Assembly: GCA_963783375.1 (NCBI GenBank)
Contig: CAWANH010000029.1
Span: 1,472,001 to 1,536,000, forward strand
Length of the DNA stretch: 64,000 bases
Direction: 5' to 3'
Source: Candidatus Eiseniibacteriota bacterium
GTDB taxonomy: Bacteria; Eisenbacteria; RBG-16-71-46; JABDJR01
The notes below the pieces were generated by a model. The model searched no databases, was not told the DNA's origin, and saw only the letters and a program-made list of their open reading frames with translations. Both the position numbers and the translations under genes were made by a program. This document shows positions 19,238 through 29,502 of the stretch, one piece after another; the stretch's first letter is position 1, and the number at the start of each line of letters is the position of its first letter.

Positions 19238-21121
19238 CTACTCTTCCCGCCCCACCGGGTAGAGCCGCCAGCGGGCGTCGGCGTAGGGGGTCCGGTCGTA
19301 GAACCAGCCGAGACGCGCCTCCGGATTCCCGGTGAACTGCGGGTCGGCGGCCAGGGTGTCCTTGAAGGCCCGGGCGAGGGGGGGATCCTCGGCGAGCATG
19401 CGCGAGGCCAGGGGCTCCAGCACGTAGCTCTCCGCGTACTCGGTCTTCTGGAGGATCTCCAGGAAGAACCCCCACTGGAAGAAGGAGTCTCCGGACTGCG
19501 GCTCCAGGAGCGCCGCGGCCAGGTCCCCCAGGGGCTGGTCGGCGGGCACCCGCACCGATCCCGCCGGGTAGCGTTCGGTGTGATGCTCGGCAACCGGAGT
19601 TCCGCTCACCCGTGCGTGGCCTTCGAGGGGCTCGGCGTCGAGCTTCGGATCCCCGATCCGGTACTCGGTGACCTCCACGTCCCGGGGGGCATCCAGCGTC
19701 TCCATACGGATCCCGTGGAGCCGGAGCCGCTCGATCACCTCCGCCCAGGCGGCCGGCACCCACCACGCCCTGGGCCGGGCGACCACGGTCACCGGGCGGG
19801 TGTAGCGAAGGACGGGAACCTCCAGGGTGTCCGGCTCCCCGGTCCAGACCGTGCGGAGCCCGCCGGAGACCGGCGACAGCTCGCGCTTCATCCGGATCCC
19901 CAGGAAGGTCCGGGTGGGCGGCGGACCCTCGGCGACCCGCCACCCCAGGGGGATCTCCTTCCGGTGGAAGGTGCGGTCGGCATCGGTCGCCCGCTCCAGC
20001 GTCCGCGCGTTCTCTCCGAGGACCCGGAGCGCGGTCTCCAGGAACACGTAGGTCCCCAGCACCCGGCGGTCGTAGGACTTGAGGGAGTGGGTTTCCACCA
20101 GCACGGTGGGGTTGTGGCGGATGTCGCCGTAGCCGTCGGAGAAGCGCGGGGTCGGGGTCCAGTCGATGACCCCCTTCGAGAGGTCCGCGTCGTCCGCGGC
20201 GAAGAAGAACGGTCCGGGAACGTGGCCCATGGCGGTGAGGTCGTGGGTCTCGGCCGGGGTGAGGACGGCGTCGAGCCAGGCCGCGGCATTGGGGGAGTAG
20301 GCGTGGGGGCCGGGGTAGCCCCAGGTCACGTCGTACTGGCAGTCGATGCCGTCGGTGACGTGCACGTCCACCGCGAGATCCGGGTCCCACGCGTTCAGCA
20401 TCGCCACCTCCGCGCGAACCTCGGGGGTATCGAGCTTGGCGTAGTCCCGGTTCAGGTTCAGGTTCCGGGCGTTGGTCCGCCAGCCCATCTGCCGGGGACC
20501 GCGCTGGTTGATGCGCCCGTAGGGGGAGAACCGTTCGTGTCCGTCCACGTTCAGGATGGGAACGAAGAGGAGGTTGGCGCCCGCCAGAAGCGCGGCCTGG
20601 TTCCCCCGCACGGTGAGGTCGCGAAGGAGCATCATCCCCGCGTCCTTCCCGTCGATCTCTCCGGCGTGGATCCCCGCCTGGACGTAAAGGGTGGGCTTTC
20701 CCGACTTAGCCAGCGCCTCCGCGGTGAACGCCCGGTCGGCGGAGGCCACCACCATCCAGATCGTTCGTCCCTCCGGGCTCGTTCCCAGCGCGACCATCTC
20801 CACCTCGGGGGAGGCGTCGGCCAGCTTCCCGAGCCAGGCCACGGTCTCGTCGTAACGCGGGGTGTCGGTGAGGCCGCTCTTCTCGAAGGGGGTGGCCCAG
20901 GGGTCGTCGCCGGGGACCGCCAGCCGCCGGCTCGCCCCGTCCCAGGGCGTCTCCGGAGGGAGGGTCTGCTCGAAGAGCGAGGTCCCGGGATAGAGGGTGG
21001 CGCCGGGGGCGGGGGCGTCCTGGCCTCGGGCGGGGAGGGCTAGCGCCGCGGTCAGGCCGGCCGCGGCGATCAGGAATCGCGAAAAACAGCGAAAGGACAT
21101 GGAATTCCTCCGGGGGATCAC
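19238..21121 (-). CDS. Secreted M14-family zinc carboxypeptidase
   Basis: Signal peptide; GIHAGEIDG, NLNRDY, DVHVTDG. Confidence 0.9.
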   Translation of the reverse strand: MIPRRNSMSFRCFSRFLIAAAGLTAALALPARGQDAPAPGATLYPGTSLFEQTLPPETPWDGASRRLAVPGDDPWATPFEKSGLTDTPRYDETVAWLGKLADASPEVEMVALGTSPEGRTIWMVVASADRAFTAEALAKSGKPTLYVQAGIHAGEIDGKDAGMMLLRDLTVRGNQAALLAGANLLFVPILNVDGHERFSPYGRINQRGPRQMGWRTNARNLNLNRDYAKLDTPEVRAEVAMLNAWDPDLAVDVHVTDGIDCQYDVTWGYPGPHAYSPNAAAWLDAVLTPAETHDLTAMGHVPGPFFFAADDADLSKGVIDWTPTPRFSDGYGDIRHNPTVLVETHSLKSYDRRVLGTYVFLETALRVLGENARTLERATDADRTFHRKEIPLGWRVAEGPPPTRTFLGIRMKRELSPVSGGLRTVWTGEPDTLEVPVLRYTRPVTVVARPRAWWVPAAWAEVIERLRLHGIRMETLDAPRDVEVTEYRIGDPKLDAEPLEGHARVSGTPVAEHHTERYPAGSVRVPADQPLGDLAAALLEPQSGDSFFQWGFFLEILQKTEYAESYVLEPLASRMLAEDPPLARAFKDTLAADPQFTGNPEARLGWFYDRTPYADARWRLYPVGREE

Positions 21122-21456
21122 TCCTCTTCGGGGGGGGCGGTTCCGGGAAGCGGCGCCGACGGGAGGGAAATCCGGGGTTCCTCGGGGTGGCGGCGATAGA
21201 GGAGGATGGTGCGTCCGAGGACCTGCACCACTTCGGAGCCGGAGCGGTCGGCCAGGTCCACCCCCACTTCCTTCCGGTGGATGGGGCAGGTGTCGAGGAC
21301 CTTGAGCTTGATCAGCTCCGCGGAGCGATGGGCGGATTCCAGGGCGCCCAGCACCTCGTCCGAAACCCCGTCCTTGCCCACGAACACGGTCGGCTTGAGC
21401 GCGTTCCCGAGGGCGCGCAGGGCGCGCCGGTCGGCTCCGGTGAGTTGAATATCCAT
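21118..21456 (-). CDS. yhbY: YhbY/CRM-domain RNA-binding protein
   Basis: ATG 21456; LRALGNALKPTVFVGKDG, ELIKLKVL, VQVLGRTILLYR. Confidence 0.9.
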   Translation of the reverse strand: MDIQLTGADRRALRALGNALKPTVFVGKDGVSDEVLGALESAHRSAELIKLKVLDTCPIHRKEVGVDLADRSGSEVVQVLGRTILLYRRHPEEPRISLPSAPLPGTAPPEEE

Positions 21457-21726
21457 GGCGGGAAGGCTACCACACCCGATCCGTCCCGGCGCGGCGCGTC
21501 CGCCGCGCGCAGATCCGTGAGGGTCCGGAAGCGTGCCGGTCGGCGGCGGACCCGCCATCGCGGGGGCGGCTCCGCGGGGTTTCCCGGGGCGTGGACAATC
21601 CCCGGTGGCATCCGCCCCGTCCTTGTGATGGAATGAGGGACTCAACCGACCCGTGGAGCGTAACCTTCAGGAAACGGGCCGCCGGTCCCTCGATCGGGCC
21701 GGCGCCGGACCCGGGAGTTTCAGACC

Positions 21727-22383
21727 ATGGCCGAAAGTCCCCGTCGCGACCCCATGCCCATGACCTTCAAGCCTCATCCCTGGCACGGCATCCCCATCGG
21801 GCCCAAGGCCCCGGAGATCGTCACCGCCTACATCGAGATCGTGCCCACCGACACCGTGAAGTACGAGATCGACAAGGTGACCGGGTATCTCAAGGTGGAC
21901 CGCCCCCAGAAGTACTCCAACGTCTGTCCCAGCCTCTACGGCCTCATCCCCCGCACGCTCTGCGCGGAGCGGGTGGGCGAGTTCTGCTCGGAGCGGGCGG
22001 GCCGGAAGGACGTCCCCGGTGACGGCGACCCCATGGACGTCTGCGTCCTGTCGGAGCGCAACTTCACCCACGGGAACTTCCTCCTCCGCGCGGTTCCCAT
22101 CGGCGGGCTCCGCATGCTCGACAAGGGACAGGCCGACGACAAGATCATCGCGGTGCTGGACGGCGACGTGGGGTATGGGAGCTGGAAGGACATCGAGGAC
22201 TGTCCCAAGGGACTGATCGAGAGGCTCCGCCACTACTTCCTCACCTACAAGGAGCCCCCCGGAGCCCACCGGCCGGTCACCGAGATCCTCGACGTCTACG
22301 ACGCCGCCGAGGCCCGGCTGGTGATCGAGCGCAGCCGGGAGGACTACCGGAACCACTTCCCGGGGATGTTCGGCGCGGAATGA
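21727..22383 (+). CDS. ppa: Inorganic pyrophosphatase (family I)
   Basis: HPWHG, KYEIDK, YGLIPRT, DGDPMDV, DDKIIAV. Confidence 0.95.
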   Translation: MAESPRRDPMPMTFKPHPWHGIPIGPKAPEIVTAYIEIVPTDTVKYEIDKVTGYLKVDRPQKYSNVCPSLYGLIPRTLCAERVGEFCSERAGRKDVPGDGDPMDVCVLSERNFTHGNFLLRAVPIGGLRMLDKGQADDKIIAVLDGDVGYGSWKDIEDCPKGLIERLRHYFLTYKEPPGAHRPVTEILDVYDAAEARLVIERSREDYRNHFPGMFGAE

Positions 22384-24872
22384 GCGACGCGCCCTGGACG
22401 GTCCACAAGTTCGGGGGGACCTCGCTCGCCGACCCGGCCGGTTACCGGAACGCGGCGCAGCTCATGGCCGCGGACGGAAACGGGCGGGCGGCGGCGGTGG
22501 TGTCCGCCCCGGCCGGGGTCACCGACGCCCTGATCGACGCGGTGGAGCGGGCGGCCGGCCAGGATCCCGGCTACCCGGCCGGATTGCGGAGCCTCGAATC
22601 GCGGGTCCGGGGGATCGGCGAGCGCCTCCTGGGCGGTGCGCGCGCCCAGGAGGTCGCGGTCTCGCTCCAGAAGGACGTGGCCGACCTCCTGGACATCCTC
22701 CGCGGGGTGAGCCTCACCCGGGTCTACGCCGAGGAGACCCTGGAGCTGGTGGCGGGCTACGGGGAACTGTGGTCCGCGCGCATCCTCCACGCGCACCTCC
22801 TCTCCGAGGGGGCGGACGCGGACCGGCTCGACGCCCGCGAGGTGCTCGTGGTGGCGCCCGGCGAGACCGGCCCCTCGGTGGACTGGGAGGTGACCGTGGA
22901 CCGGTTCGAGGCCTGGCGGAAGCGTCACCGGTCCCCGCGGCTGGTCATCACCGGCTACGTCGCCTCGAACCCGGCCGGCATCCCCACCACCCTGAAGCGG
23001 AACGGAAGCGACTTCTCGGCCTCGATCTTCGGCGCCCTGCTCCATGCCGACGTCATCACCATCTGGACCGACGTGGACGGGGTGCTGAGCGCGGATCCCC
23101 GGCGGGTGCCCGACGCCCACGTCCTCCCCCGCCTCTCCTACAACGAGGCCATGGAGCTGGCCTACTTCGGGGCCAAGGTGCTCCATCCCCACACCATGGC
23201 TCCGGCCATCCGGGAAGGGATCCCCATCCGCATCCGGAACACCTTCCGCCCCGATCTCCCGGGTACCCTCATCCACCGTCGCGAGACCCCGGCGGGGGCG
23301 GTGGCGGTCCGGGCCGCGGTCAAGGGGTTCTCCTCGGTGGAGCCGGTGGCCCTGGTGAACGTGGAGGGAACCGGGATGATCGGGGTGCCGGGGGTGGCTC
23401 ACCGGCTGTTCGGGGCGCTCCGCGAGGCGGGGATCTCGGTGATCATGATCTCCCAGGCCAGCTCCGAACACTCGATCTGCTTTGCGGTGCCCGAAGACCA
23501 GGCCGACCGCGCCCGCCGCGCGGTGGAGGACGGGTTCTTCGCGGAGATCCACCACGGGCAGGTGCAGACGGTGGACGTGGTCCGCCCCTGCAGCATCGTG
23601 GCTGCGGTGGGCGACGACATGGTCCGCACCACCGGGGTGGCGGCGCGCTTCTTCGGGGCGCTGGGGAAGGCGGGGGTGAACGTCCGCGCGGTGGCCCAGG
23701 GCTCCTCGGAACGGAACATCTCCGTGGTCGTGGACGCCGAGGCCTCCACGCGGGCGATACGGGCCCTCCACGCCGGGTTCTATCTTTCCGACCAGACCCT
23801 GTCGGTGGGGCTGGTGGGGCCGGGATCGATCGGATCCGAGCTGCTGCGCCAGATCCAGGCCCAGCGGGAAGCCTTGAAGACCCGGTTCTCCATCGACCTC
23901 CGGATTCGCGGCATCATGAACTCCCGGGCCATGGTCCTGGACGAGACGGGACTCGACCCCGCCGAATGGGAGGCGGCGCTCGCCGGGCGCGGCGCCCTTC
24001 CGGATCCCGGCGCGTTCGTGGATCACGTTCACGGCGGGCACCTCCCCCACTCGGTCATCGTCGACTGCACGGCCAGCGAAACCATGGCCGCGCGCTACGC
24101 CGACTGGCTCTCGCGGGGGGTGCACGTGATCACGCCCAACAAGAAGGCGGGCTCGGCGGACTACGCTTCCTATCGGAAGCTCCGCGAGCTGGGCCGGAAG
24201 ATGAACACCCACTACCTCTACGAAGCGACGGTGGGGGCCGGCCTCCCCGTCATCACCACCCTCCGCGATCTGCTCCAGACCGGGGACCGGGTGATCTCGA
24301 TCGAAGGCGTGCTCTCGGGGACGGCGTCGTTCATCTTCAACGAGCTGGGAGCCGGCCGGTCCTTCTCGGAGCTGGTGCGGGAAGCGGCGCGGCGCGGCTA
24401 CACCGAGCCGGACCCGCGCGACGATCTCTCCGGGATGGACGTGGCCCGGAAGGCGGTGATCCTGGCCCGGGAGATGGGGACGGAGCTGGAGCTGGCCGCG
24501 GTGCCGGTGGAATCCCTGGTGCCGGAGGCGCTGGCCACCACGGATTCGGTGGGGGCGTTCCTCGACGGGTTGGCCGCGCGCGACGAGGAGATGGAAGGCC
24601 TGCGTTCGGCGGCCGAGGCCTCGGGCGAGGTGCTCCGGTACGTGGCGGCGATCGGGGAAGACGGCCGGGCATCGGTGGGTCTCCGCCGCTATCCCGCCGA
24701 CCATCCGTTCGCGCGCATCACGGGGACCGACAACATCATCGCCTTCCGGACCGAGCGCTACGACGCCCAGCCCCTCTTCGTTCAGGGACCGGGGGCGGGA
24801 CCGGAGGTCACCGCGGGGGGCGTGTTCGCCGATCTATTGAGGTTGGCCTCCTACCTGGGAGCGCCGTCATGA
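22380..24872 (+). CDS. thrA: Bifunctional aspartate kinase / homoserine dehydrogenase I
   Basis: KFGGTS, TLKRNGSDFSA, DVDGV, two ACT domains, G.G.IG, YEATVGAGLP, GPGAGPEVTA. Confidence 0.97.
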   Translation: MSDAPWTVHKFGGTSLADPAGYRNAAQLMAADGNGRAAAVVSAPAGVTDALIDAVERAAGQDPGYPAGLRSLESRVRGIGERLLGGARAQEVAVSLQKDVADLLDILRGVSLTRVYAEETLELVAGYGELWSARILHAHLLSEGADADRLDAREVLVVAPGETGPSVDWEVTVDRFEAWRKRHRSPRLVITGYVASNPAGIPTTLKRNGSDFSASIFGALLHADVITIWTDVDGVLSADPRRVPDAHVLPRLSYNEAMELAYFGAKVLHPHTMAPAIREGIPIRIRNTFRPDLPGTLIHRRETPAGAVAVRAAVKGFSSVEPVALVNVEGTGMIGVPGVAHRLFGALREAGISVIMISQASSEHSICFAVPEDQADRARRAVEDGFFAEIHHGQVQTVDVVRPCSIVAAVGDDMVRTTGVAARFFGALGKAGVNVRAVAQGSSERNISVVVDAEASTRAIRALHAGFYLSDQTLSVGLVGPGSIGSELLRQIQAQREALKTRFSIDLRIRGIMNSRAMVLDETGLDPAEWEAALAGRGALPDPGAFVDHVHGGHLPHSVIVDCTASETMAARYADWLSRGVHVITPNKKAGSADYASYRKLRELGRKMNTHYLYEATVGAGLPVITTLRDLLQTGDRVISIEGVLSGTASFIFNELGAGRSFSELVREAARRGYTEPDPRDDLSGMDVARKAVILAREMGTELELAAVPVESLVPEALATTDSVGAFLDGLAARDEEMEGLRSAAEASGEVLRYVAAIGEDGRASVGLRRYPADHPFARITGTDNIIAFRTERYDAQPLFVQGPGAGPEVTAGGVFADLLRLASYLGAPS

Positions 24873-25987
24873 GCCCGCGCCGGGAGGCCGGACGGGGCGC
24901 CGGGTCCTCGCGGGAGGCGCGCGCCGCGCGCCGGAAGGGGAAGGCGGAGGTCGCCACCGTGGCCACCGCGTTCGCCCCCGCCACCGTGGCCAACGTGGCG
25001 GTGGGCTTCGACGTCCTGGGCTTCGCCCTGGAAGGGATCGGAGACGCGGTCACGGTGACGCGAACCCCGTGGGCGGGCGCCGGCCCGGCGGTGCGGGTGG
25101 AGTCGGTGGAAGGCGACGCGATCGCGCCCGGCTCGGTGCCGCTCGATCCCGACCGGAACACCTCCGCGGTGGCGCTGGCCGCCATGGTGGATTCGCTGGG
25201 CCTTCGCCACGGGTTCTCGGTGGCCATCCGGAAGGGGATTCCCTTGAGCTCGGGGATGGGAGGCTCCGCGGCCTCGGCGGTGGGCGCGGTGGTGGCGGCC
25301 AACGCGCTTCTGGACACCGCGCTCTCCCGGGACCGGCTCCTGGCCTTCGCCCTGGCCGGAGAAGCAGCGGCAAGCGGCGCGCCCCACGCCGACAACGTGG
25401 TGCCGTGCCTCTACGGCGGGCTGACCGCGGTGGTGCCGGGGGCCGCCGCGCGGTCCGCCGGGCCGGCGGTGGGAAGCGTCTTGCCGTTCACGGGGGCGGC
25501 GCCGGGCGCCGGAGAGGAGAGCGCGCTCCGGGTGGTGCCGCTCCCCGTACCGCCCGGAGTATCCGCGGTGGTGGTGCGGCCGCACCTGGAGCTGGATACC
25601 CGCCGGGCCCGGGCCGCGCTCGCGAAGACGGTGCCCCTGGAGCGGTTCGTGGAGCAGTCGGCGTTACTGGCCGGGTTCGTGGCCGCGTGTTTCAGCGGGG
25701 ATCTGGGGCTGGTGGCGTGCACCCTTCGGGACGTGGTGGTGGAGCCACAGCGGGCGGCCCTGGTGCCGGGTTTTCCCGAGACGCGCGACGCGGCCCTGGC
25801 CGCGGGGGCGTTGGGGTGTTCGCTCTCCGGATCGGGGCCCTCGGTCTTCGCCTGGGTGGCTTCGGCGGCCGCCGCCGAGGCGGTGAAGAGCGCGGTGCGC
25901 TCCGCCTTCGCCGCCCGCGGCATCGAAAGCGATGCGTGGGTCTCGGCGGTGGGGGCGCCGGGGGCGCGGGTGGTGGAGAGCCGGTGA
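24869..25987 (+). CDS. thrB: Homoserine kinase
   Basis: APATVANVAVGFDVLG, IPLSSGMGGSAAS, HADNV, LSGSGPS; ATGA overlap with thrA (true start may be a downstream GTG). Confidence 0.92.
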   Translation: MSPRREAGRGAGSSREARAARRKGKAEVATVATAFAPATVANVAVGFDVLGFALEGIGDAVTVTRTPWAGAGPAVRVESVEGDAIAPGSVPLDPDRNTSAVALAAMVDSLGLRHGFSVAIRKGIPLSSGMGGSAASAVGAVVAANALLDTALSRDRLLAFALAGEAAASGAPHADNVVPCLYGGLTAVVPGAAARSAGPAVGSVLPFTGAAPGAGEESALRVVPLPVPPGVSAVVVRPHLELDTRRARAALAKTVPLERFVEQSALLAGFVAACFSGDLGLVACTLRDVVVEPQRAALVPGFPETRDAALAAGALGCSLSGSGPSVFAWVASAAAAEAVKSAVRSAFAARGIESDAWVSAVGAPGARVVESR

Positions 25988-25998
25988 CGGGGGGCGCC

Positions 25999-27363
25999 AT
26001 GAAAACGCCCATTCGGTTCATCAGCACGCGGGGCGGCTCGCCTCCGGTCGGCTTCACCGAGGCCATGATCCAGGGGCTCGCTCCCGACGGCGGGCTCTAC
26101 GTCCCCGAGCGGTTCCCCGCGTTCGATCCGGAAGAGTTCGGCGACGCTTCCGCTCTCCCGGAGCTGGCGGCCCGGGTGCTCGCACCGTTCTTCGAGGGGG
26201 ATCCCCTGGCCGGGTCGCTGGAGGCGATCTCCCGCGAGGCCTTCGATTTTCCGGTGCCGCTGGTGTTTCCCGCGGACCTCGGGGGTTCGACGCCGGAGGA
26301 ACCGTCCGCCGAGGGGCGGTTCTGGGGGACGGCGCTCCACGGCCCGCTCCGCGACACCGCGATCCTGGAGCTTTTCCACGGTCCCACCGCTGCGTTCAAG
26401 GATGTGGGGGCCCGATTCATGGCCGCGTGCCTTTCCCGGGTGGAGGATGTCCATTCCACGGGTCCGAGGACGGTTCTGGTCGCTACCTCGGGGGACACCG
26501 GCGGGGCGGTGGCCGCAGCATTCCACGGCCGGCCCGGGATCGAGGTGGGGATCCTCTATCCGAAGGGCGGGGTCTCGGGGCGGCAGGAAAAGCAGCTCAC
26601 CGCCTGGGGCGGAAACGTCCGCGCCTTCGCGGTGACCGGAACCTTCGACGATTGCCAGCGCGTGCTGAAGGAGGCGTTCGCCAACCCGGGGTGGCGGCGG
26701 GTCCGCCGCCTCACCACCGCCAACAGCATCAACCTCGCCCGTCTGCTCCCCCAGGCCGTCTACCACGCCTTCGCGTCGCTGGAGTACCGGCGCGCGCGGG
26801 GGGCGGCGCCCGGGCTCATCGTCCCCAGCGGCAACGTCGGAAACGTCACCGCCGCTTTCTGGGCCCGGGAGATGGGGTTTCCGGTGGGGCGGCTGGTCCT
26901 GGCCGCCAACGCCAACCGCACGCTGCCGGACTATTTCCGTTCCGGCCGGTGGGAACCCCGGAGTTCGGTGGCCACCCTGGCCAACGCCATGGACGTGGGA
27001 GCCCCGAGCAACATGGAGCGGGTGTTCCGGCTCTTCCCGGACGCCGCCCGCCTGCGCGGGGTGGCGGACGCGGTTTCGGTGGACGATCCGACCATCCGGC
27101 GCACGATCGCCGAGGGACCCTCCCGGTGGGGCCGGATCTGGGACCCGCACACCGCCACCGCGGTCTTTGCGCGGGAGCAGTTGGCTTCGGGAGATTGGGT
27201 GATCGTATCCACCGCCCACCCGGCCAAGTTCGAGACCGTCGTGGAGCCGTTGGCCGGGCGCCCGGTGCCGGTCCCGCCGGATCTGGCCGCGATCCTCGCC
27301 CGGCCGTCGCGATGCACGGAGGTGGAGCCGGACCTGTCTGCGTTTGTTCGGGCCTGGGGGTGA
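25999..27363 (+). CDS. thrC: Threonine synthase
   Basis: GLAPDGGLYVP, LELFHGPTAAFKD, ATSGDTG, NSINLARL, PSGN.GN, TAHPAKF. Confidence 0.95.
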   Translation: MKTPIRFISTRGGSPPVGFTEAMIQGLAPDGGLYVPERFPAFDPEEFGDASALPELAARVLAPFFEGDPLAGSLEAISREAFDFPVPLVFPADLGGSTPEEPSAEGRFWGTALHGPLRDTAILELFHGPTAAFKDVGARFMAACLSRVEDVHSTGPRTVLVATSGDTGGAVAAAFHGRPGIEVGILYPKGGVSGRQEKQLTAWGGNVRAFAVTGTFDDCQRVLKEAFANPGWRRVRRLTTANSINLARLLPQAVYHAFASLEYRRARGAAPGLIVPSGNVGNVTAAFWAREMGFPVGRLVLAANANRTLPDYFRSGRWEPRSSVATLANAMDVGAPSNMERVFRLFPDAARLRGVADAVSVDDPTIRRTIAEGPSRWGRIWDPHTATAVFAREQLASGDWVIVSTAHPAKFETVVEPLAGRPVPVPPDLAAILARPSRCTEVEPDLSAFVRAWG

Positions 27364-27459
27364 GCCCCGGTCGGGCCGCGGCAGGGACGACGAGCGCGAC
27401 CGTTCACCCGTGGAAACCCGGGACGGCAACCCGGCCGGCGGAGCGGACCGCGGCGCTGC

Positions 27460-28383
27460 TCACTCCTCCCCCGGCAGGTCCGCCAGCAGACGGTCCAGCT
27501 TCTCCCGCGGCCGGGAGAGCGCCCGGGCGTGGCGCATCATCCCCTTCCAGGGATCCTCGCGCTGGCCGAGCCGCCGCAGGACGTTCCCCAAGGTGTACCG
27601 CCGAGCGGTCAGACTGGAATCCCCCAGCTCGTCCCAGTCCAGGGGGGCGGCCACCGCGGCCTCGGGGAGGGCACGCACCGCATAGGGGGCGACCGCGGTC
27701 TGCGCGTACACATTCCGCGCGGTGTCCAGGAACAGCCGCCCCCTGCGCTTCTCCCTCCGCACTTGGGTAGTGAGGCGATCGGGGTGGCGCGAGGCCAGCA
27801 CCCGGGCCGCGTCCTGGGCGAAGCCACGCACCGCGTCGAAGTCCGCGCTCCGGTCGAGGGGGGCCAGGACGTGGAGCCCGCGGGAGCCTGTTGTCTTCAC
27901 GAACACGGCCAGCCCCAGGTCCTCGAGCAGCGCCCGCACGTCCCGCGCCGCGTCCTTCACCGCGGCGAACCCGTCTCCCGGAGGGTCCAGGTCGAAGATG
28001 AGCTGGTCGGGATGACGAAGCTTGTCCTTCCGGCTCAACCAGACATGCGGCGTGATGCATCCCTGGTTCGCGACGTATACCAGCGCCGCCGCCTTCTCCA
28101 CCAGCACGTGGTGAACGGTCCCACCTTCCTTTGTCACCGTCACCCGCTCGATCCAGTCGGGAAAGTAGTCCGGGGCCTCCTTGTGATAGAAGCTCTCGCC
28201 GTCGATTCCGTCGGGAAACCGGTGCATGGTGACCGGGCGGCCGGCCAGGTACGGCAACATGACCTCCGCAACGTTCGCGTAGTACGCGAGCAGATCTCCC
28301 TTGGTGATCCCTTCACCGGGGAAGTAGACCTTGTCCTCGTGAGAGGTCTCCACCTCCAGGGATCCGAAGGTTCGTTTGCTCAT
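27460..28383 (-). CDS. ligD: LigD polymerase/primase (AEP) domain protein
   Basis: DKVYFP, RFPDGI, FDLDP, KTTGSRGLH, APYAVRA, PLDWDEL. Confidence 0.92.
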   Translation of the reverse strand: MSKRTFGSLEVETSHEDKVYFPGEGITKGDLLAYYANVAEVMLPYLAGRPVTMHRFPDGIDGESFYHKEAPDYFPDWIERVTVTKEGGTVHHVLVEKAAALVYVANQGCITPHVWLSRKDKLRHPDQLIFDLDPPGDGFAAVKDAARDVRALLEDLGLAVFVKTTGSRGLHVLAPLDRSADFDAVRGFAQDAARVLASRHPDRLTTQVRREKRRGRLFLDTARNVYAQTAVAPYAVRALPEAAVAAPLDWDELGDSSLTARRYTLGNVLRRLGQREDPWKGMMRHARALSRPREKLDRLLADLPGEE

Positions 28384-28474
28384 GGTCGTCCTCGGCTCCG
28401 GTTCGGCCGGCCCAAGCGCCGCCGCCGGATCCGGTGGCCCCGGAGCCGCGCCGCGATCCGGCCGGGCCGGGGTT

Positions 28475-29481
28475 TCACTCCGCGGCCTTCTCCCGCACCA
28501 CGTCGCCGGGCTGCTTGTCCCGGCGCAGCCCCAGAAAGCGCGGGTGCCGGAGCTTCCCCTCCTCCGTCCATTCGGTGAACCCCACCTCCCCCACCAGTTC
28601 CGGGGTCACCCAGTGGACCCCCTTCCGGGGGAGGTCCTCCGCGTCGAACGGCGGGGTCTTCCGTTCCAGCCGTTCCAGGCGGGCATGAAGCCGCTCCAGG
28701 GTCTCCTCGTCGTAGCCGGTTCCGACCTTGCCCGCGAAGCGGAGCCTCCCGTCCTCGTGGTAGCCGATCAGGAGCGCCCCGAAACCGATCCGCGAGCCCT
28801 GGGGCTCGGTGTAGCCGCCGATCACGAACTCCTGCCGGTTCACGCACTTGAACTTGAGCCAGTCCTTGGAGCGTCCCGCGCGATAGGGGCCCGAGGCCCG
28901 CTTGACGATGAGGCCCTCCCAGCCATTTTCGCAGGCCTCCTCGTAATAGGCTTCCCCACCGTTTCGCCGGTGGGCGGTGTAGCGGATCCGGTTGTCGAAG
29001 TCCAGCGCCCGCTCGAGGAGGCTCTTCCGGTCGGTGAGGGCGAGCCCGGTGAGATCGTGGCCGTCGAGGTAGAGGAGGTCGAAGAGGTAGTAGTAGACGG
29101 CGATCCGGCTCGCCTCCGCCTCCTTCCGGTCCTTGATCTGCATCCGGCCCTGGAGTCGCTCGAAGCTCGTACGGGCGCCGTCGAAGGCCACCACCTCGCC
29201 GTCGGCCACGAACCGCGCCGGGCGCGCGTCACCGAAGGCCATTTCCAGCTCCGGGTAGGTGTTGTTGAGCGCCTTCCGGCCCCGGGAAAGGAGCCGCACG
29301 GAGCCCCTCTCCGGAATACGAGGCACCGCTCGCCGTCGAGCTTCCGTTCATAGAGCCATCCGGGGTCCGAGAACCGGTCGTGGGTCAGGGTGGCCAGCGT
29401 CGGCGGGATCCAGGACGGAAACGACGTCTTCTCCAACTCCTCGCGCGCGCCAACCGAGAGAGAATCCAGTAGTCCGCTCAT
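28475..29481 (-). CDS. ligD: LigD ATP-dependent DNA ligase domain protein (one G missing at 29304-29307)
   Basis: ERKLDGER motif I in the upstream frame joins DGEVV, FDLLY, EGLIVKR, WLKFK, KVGTG, LRHPRF in the downstream frame. Confidence 0.9.
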
Positions 29482-29502
29482 CGTGGCCGCCGGCTTCGCG
29501 GC

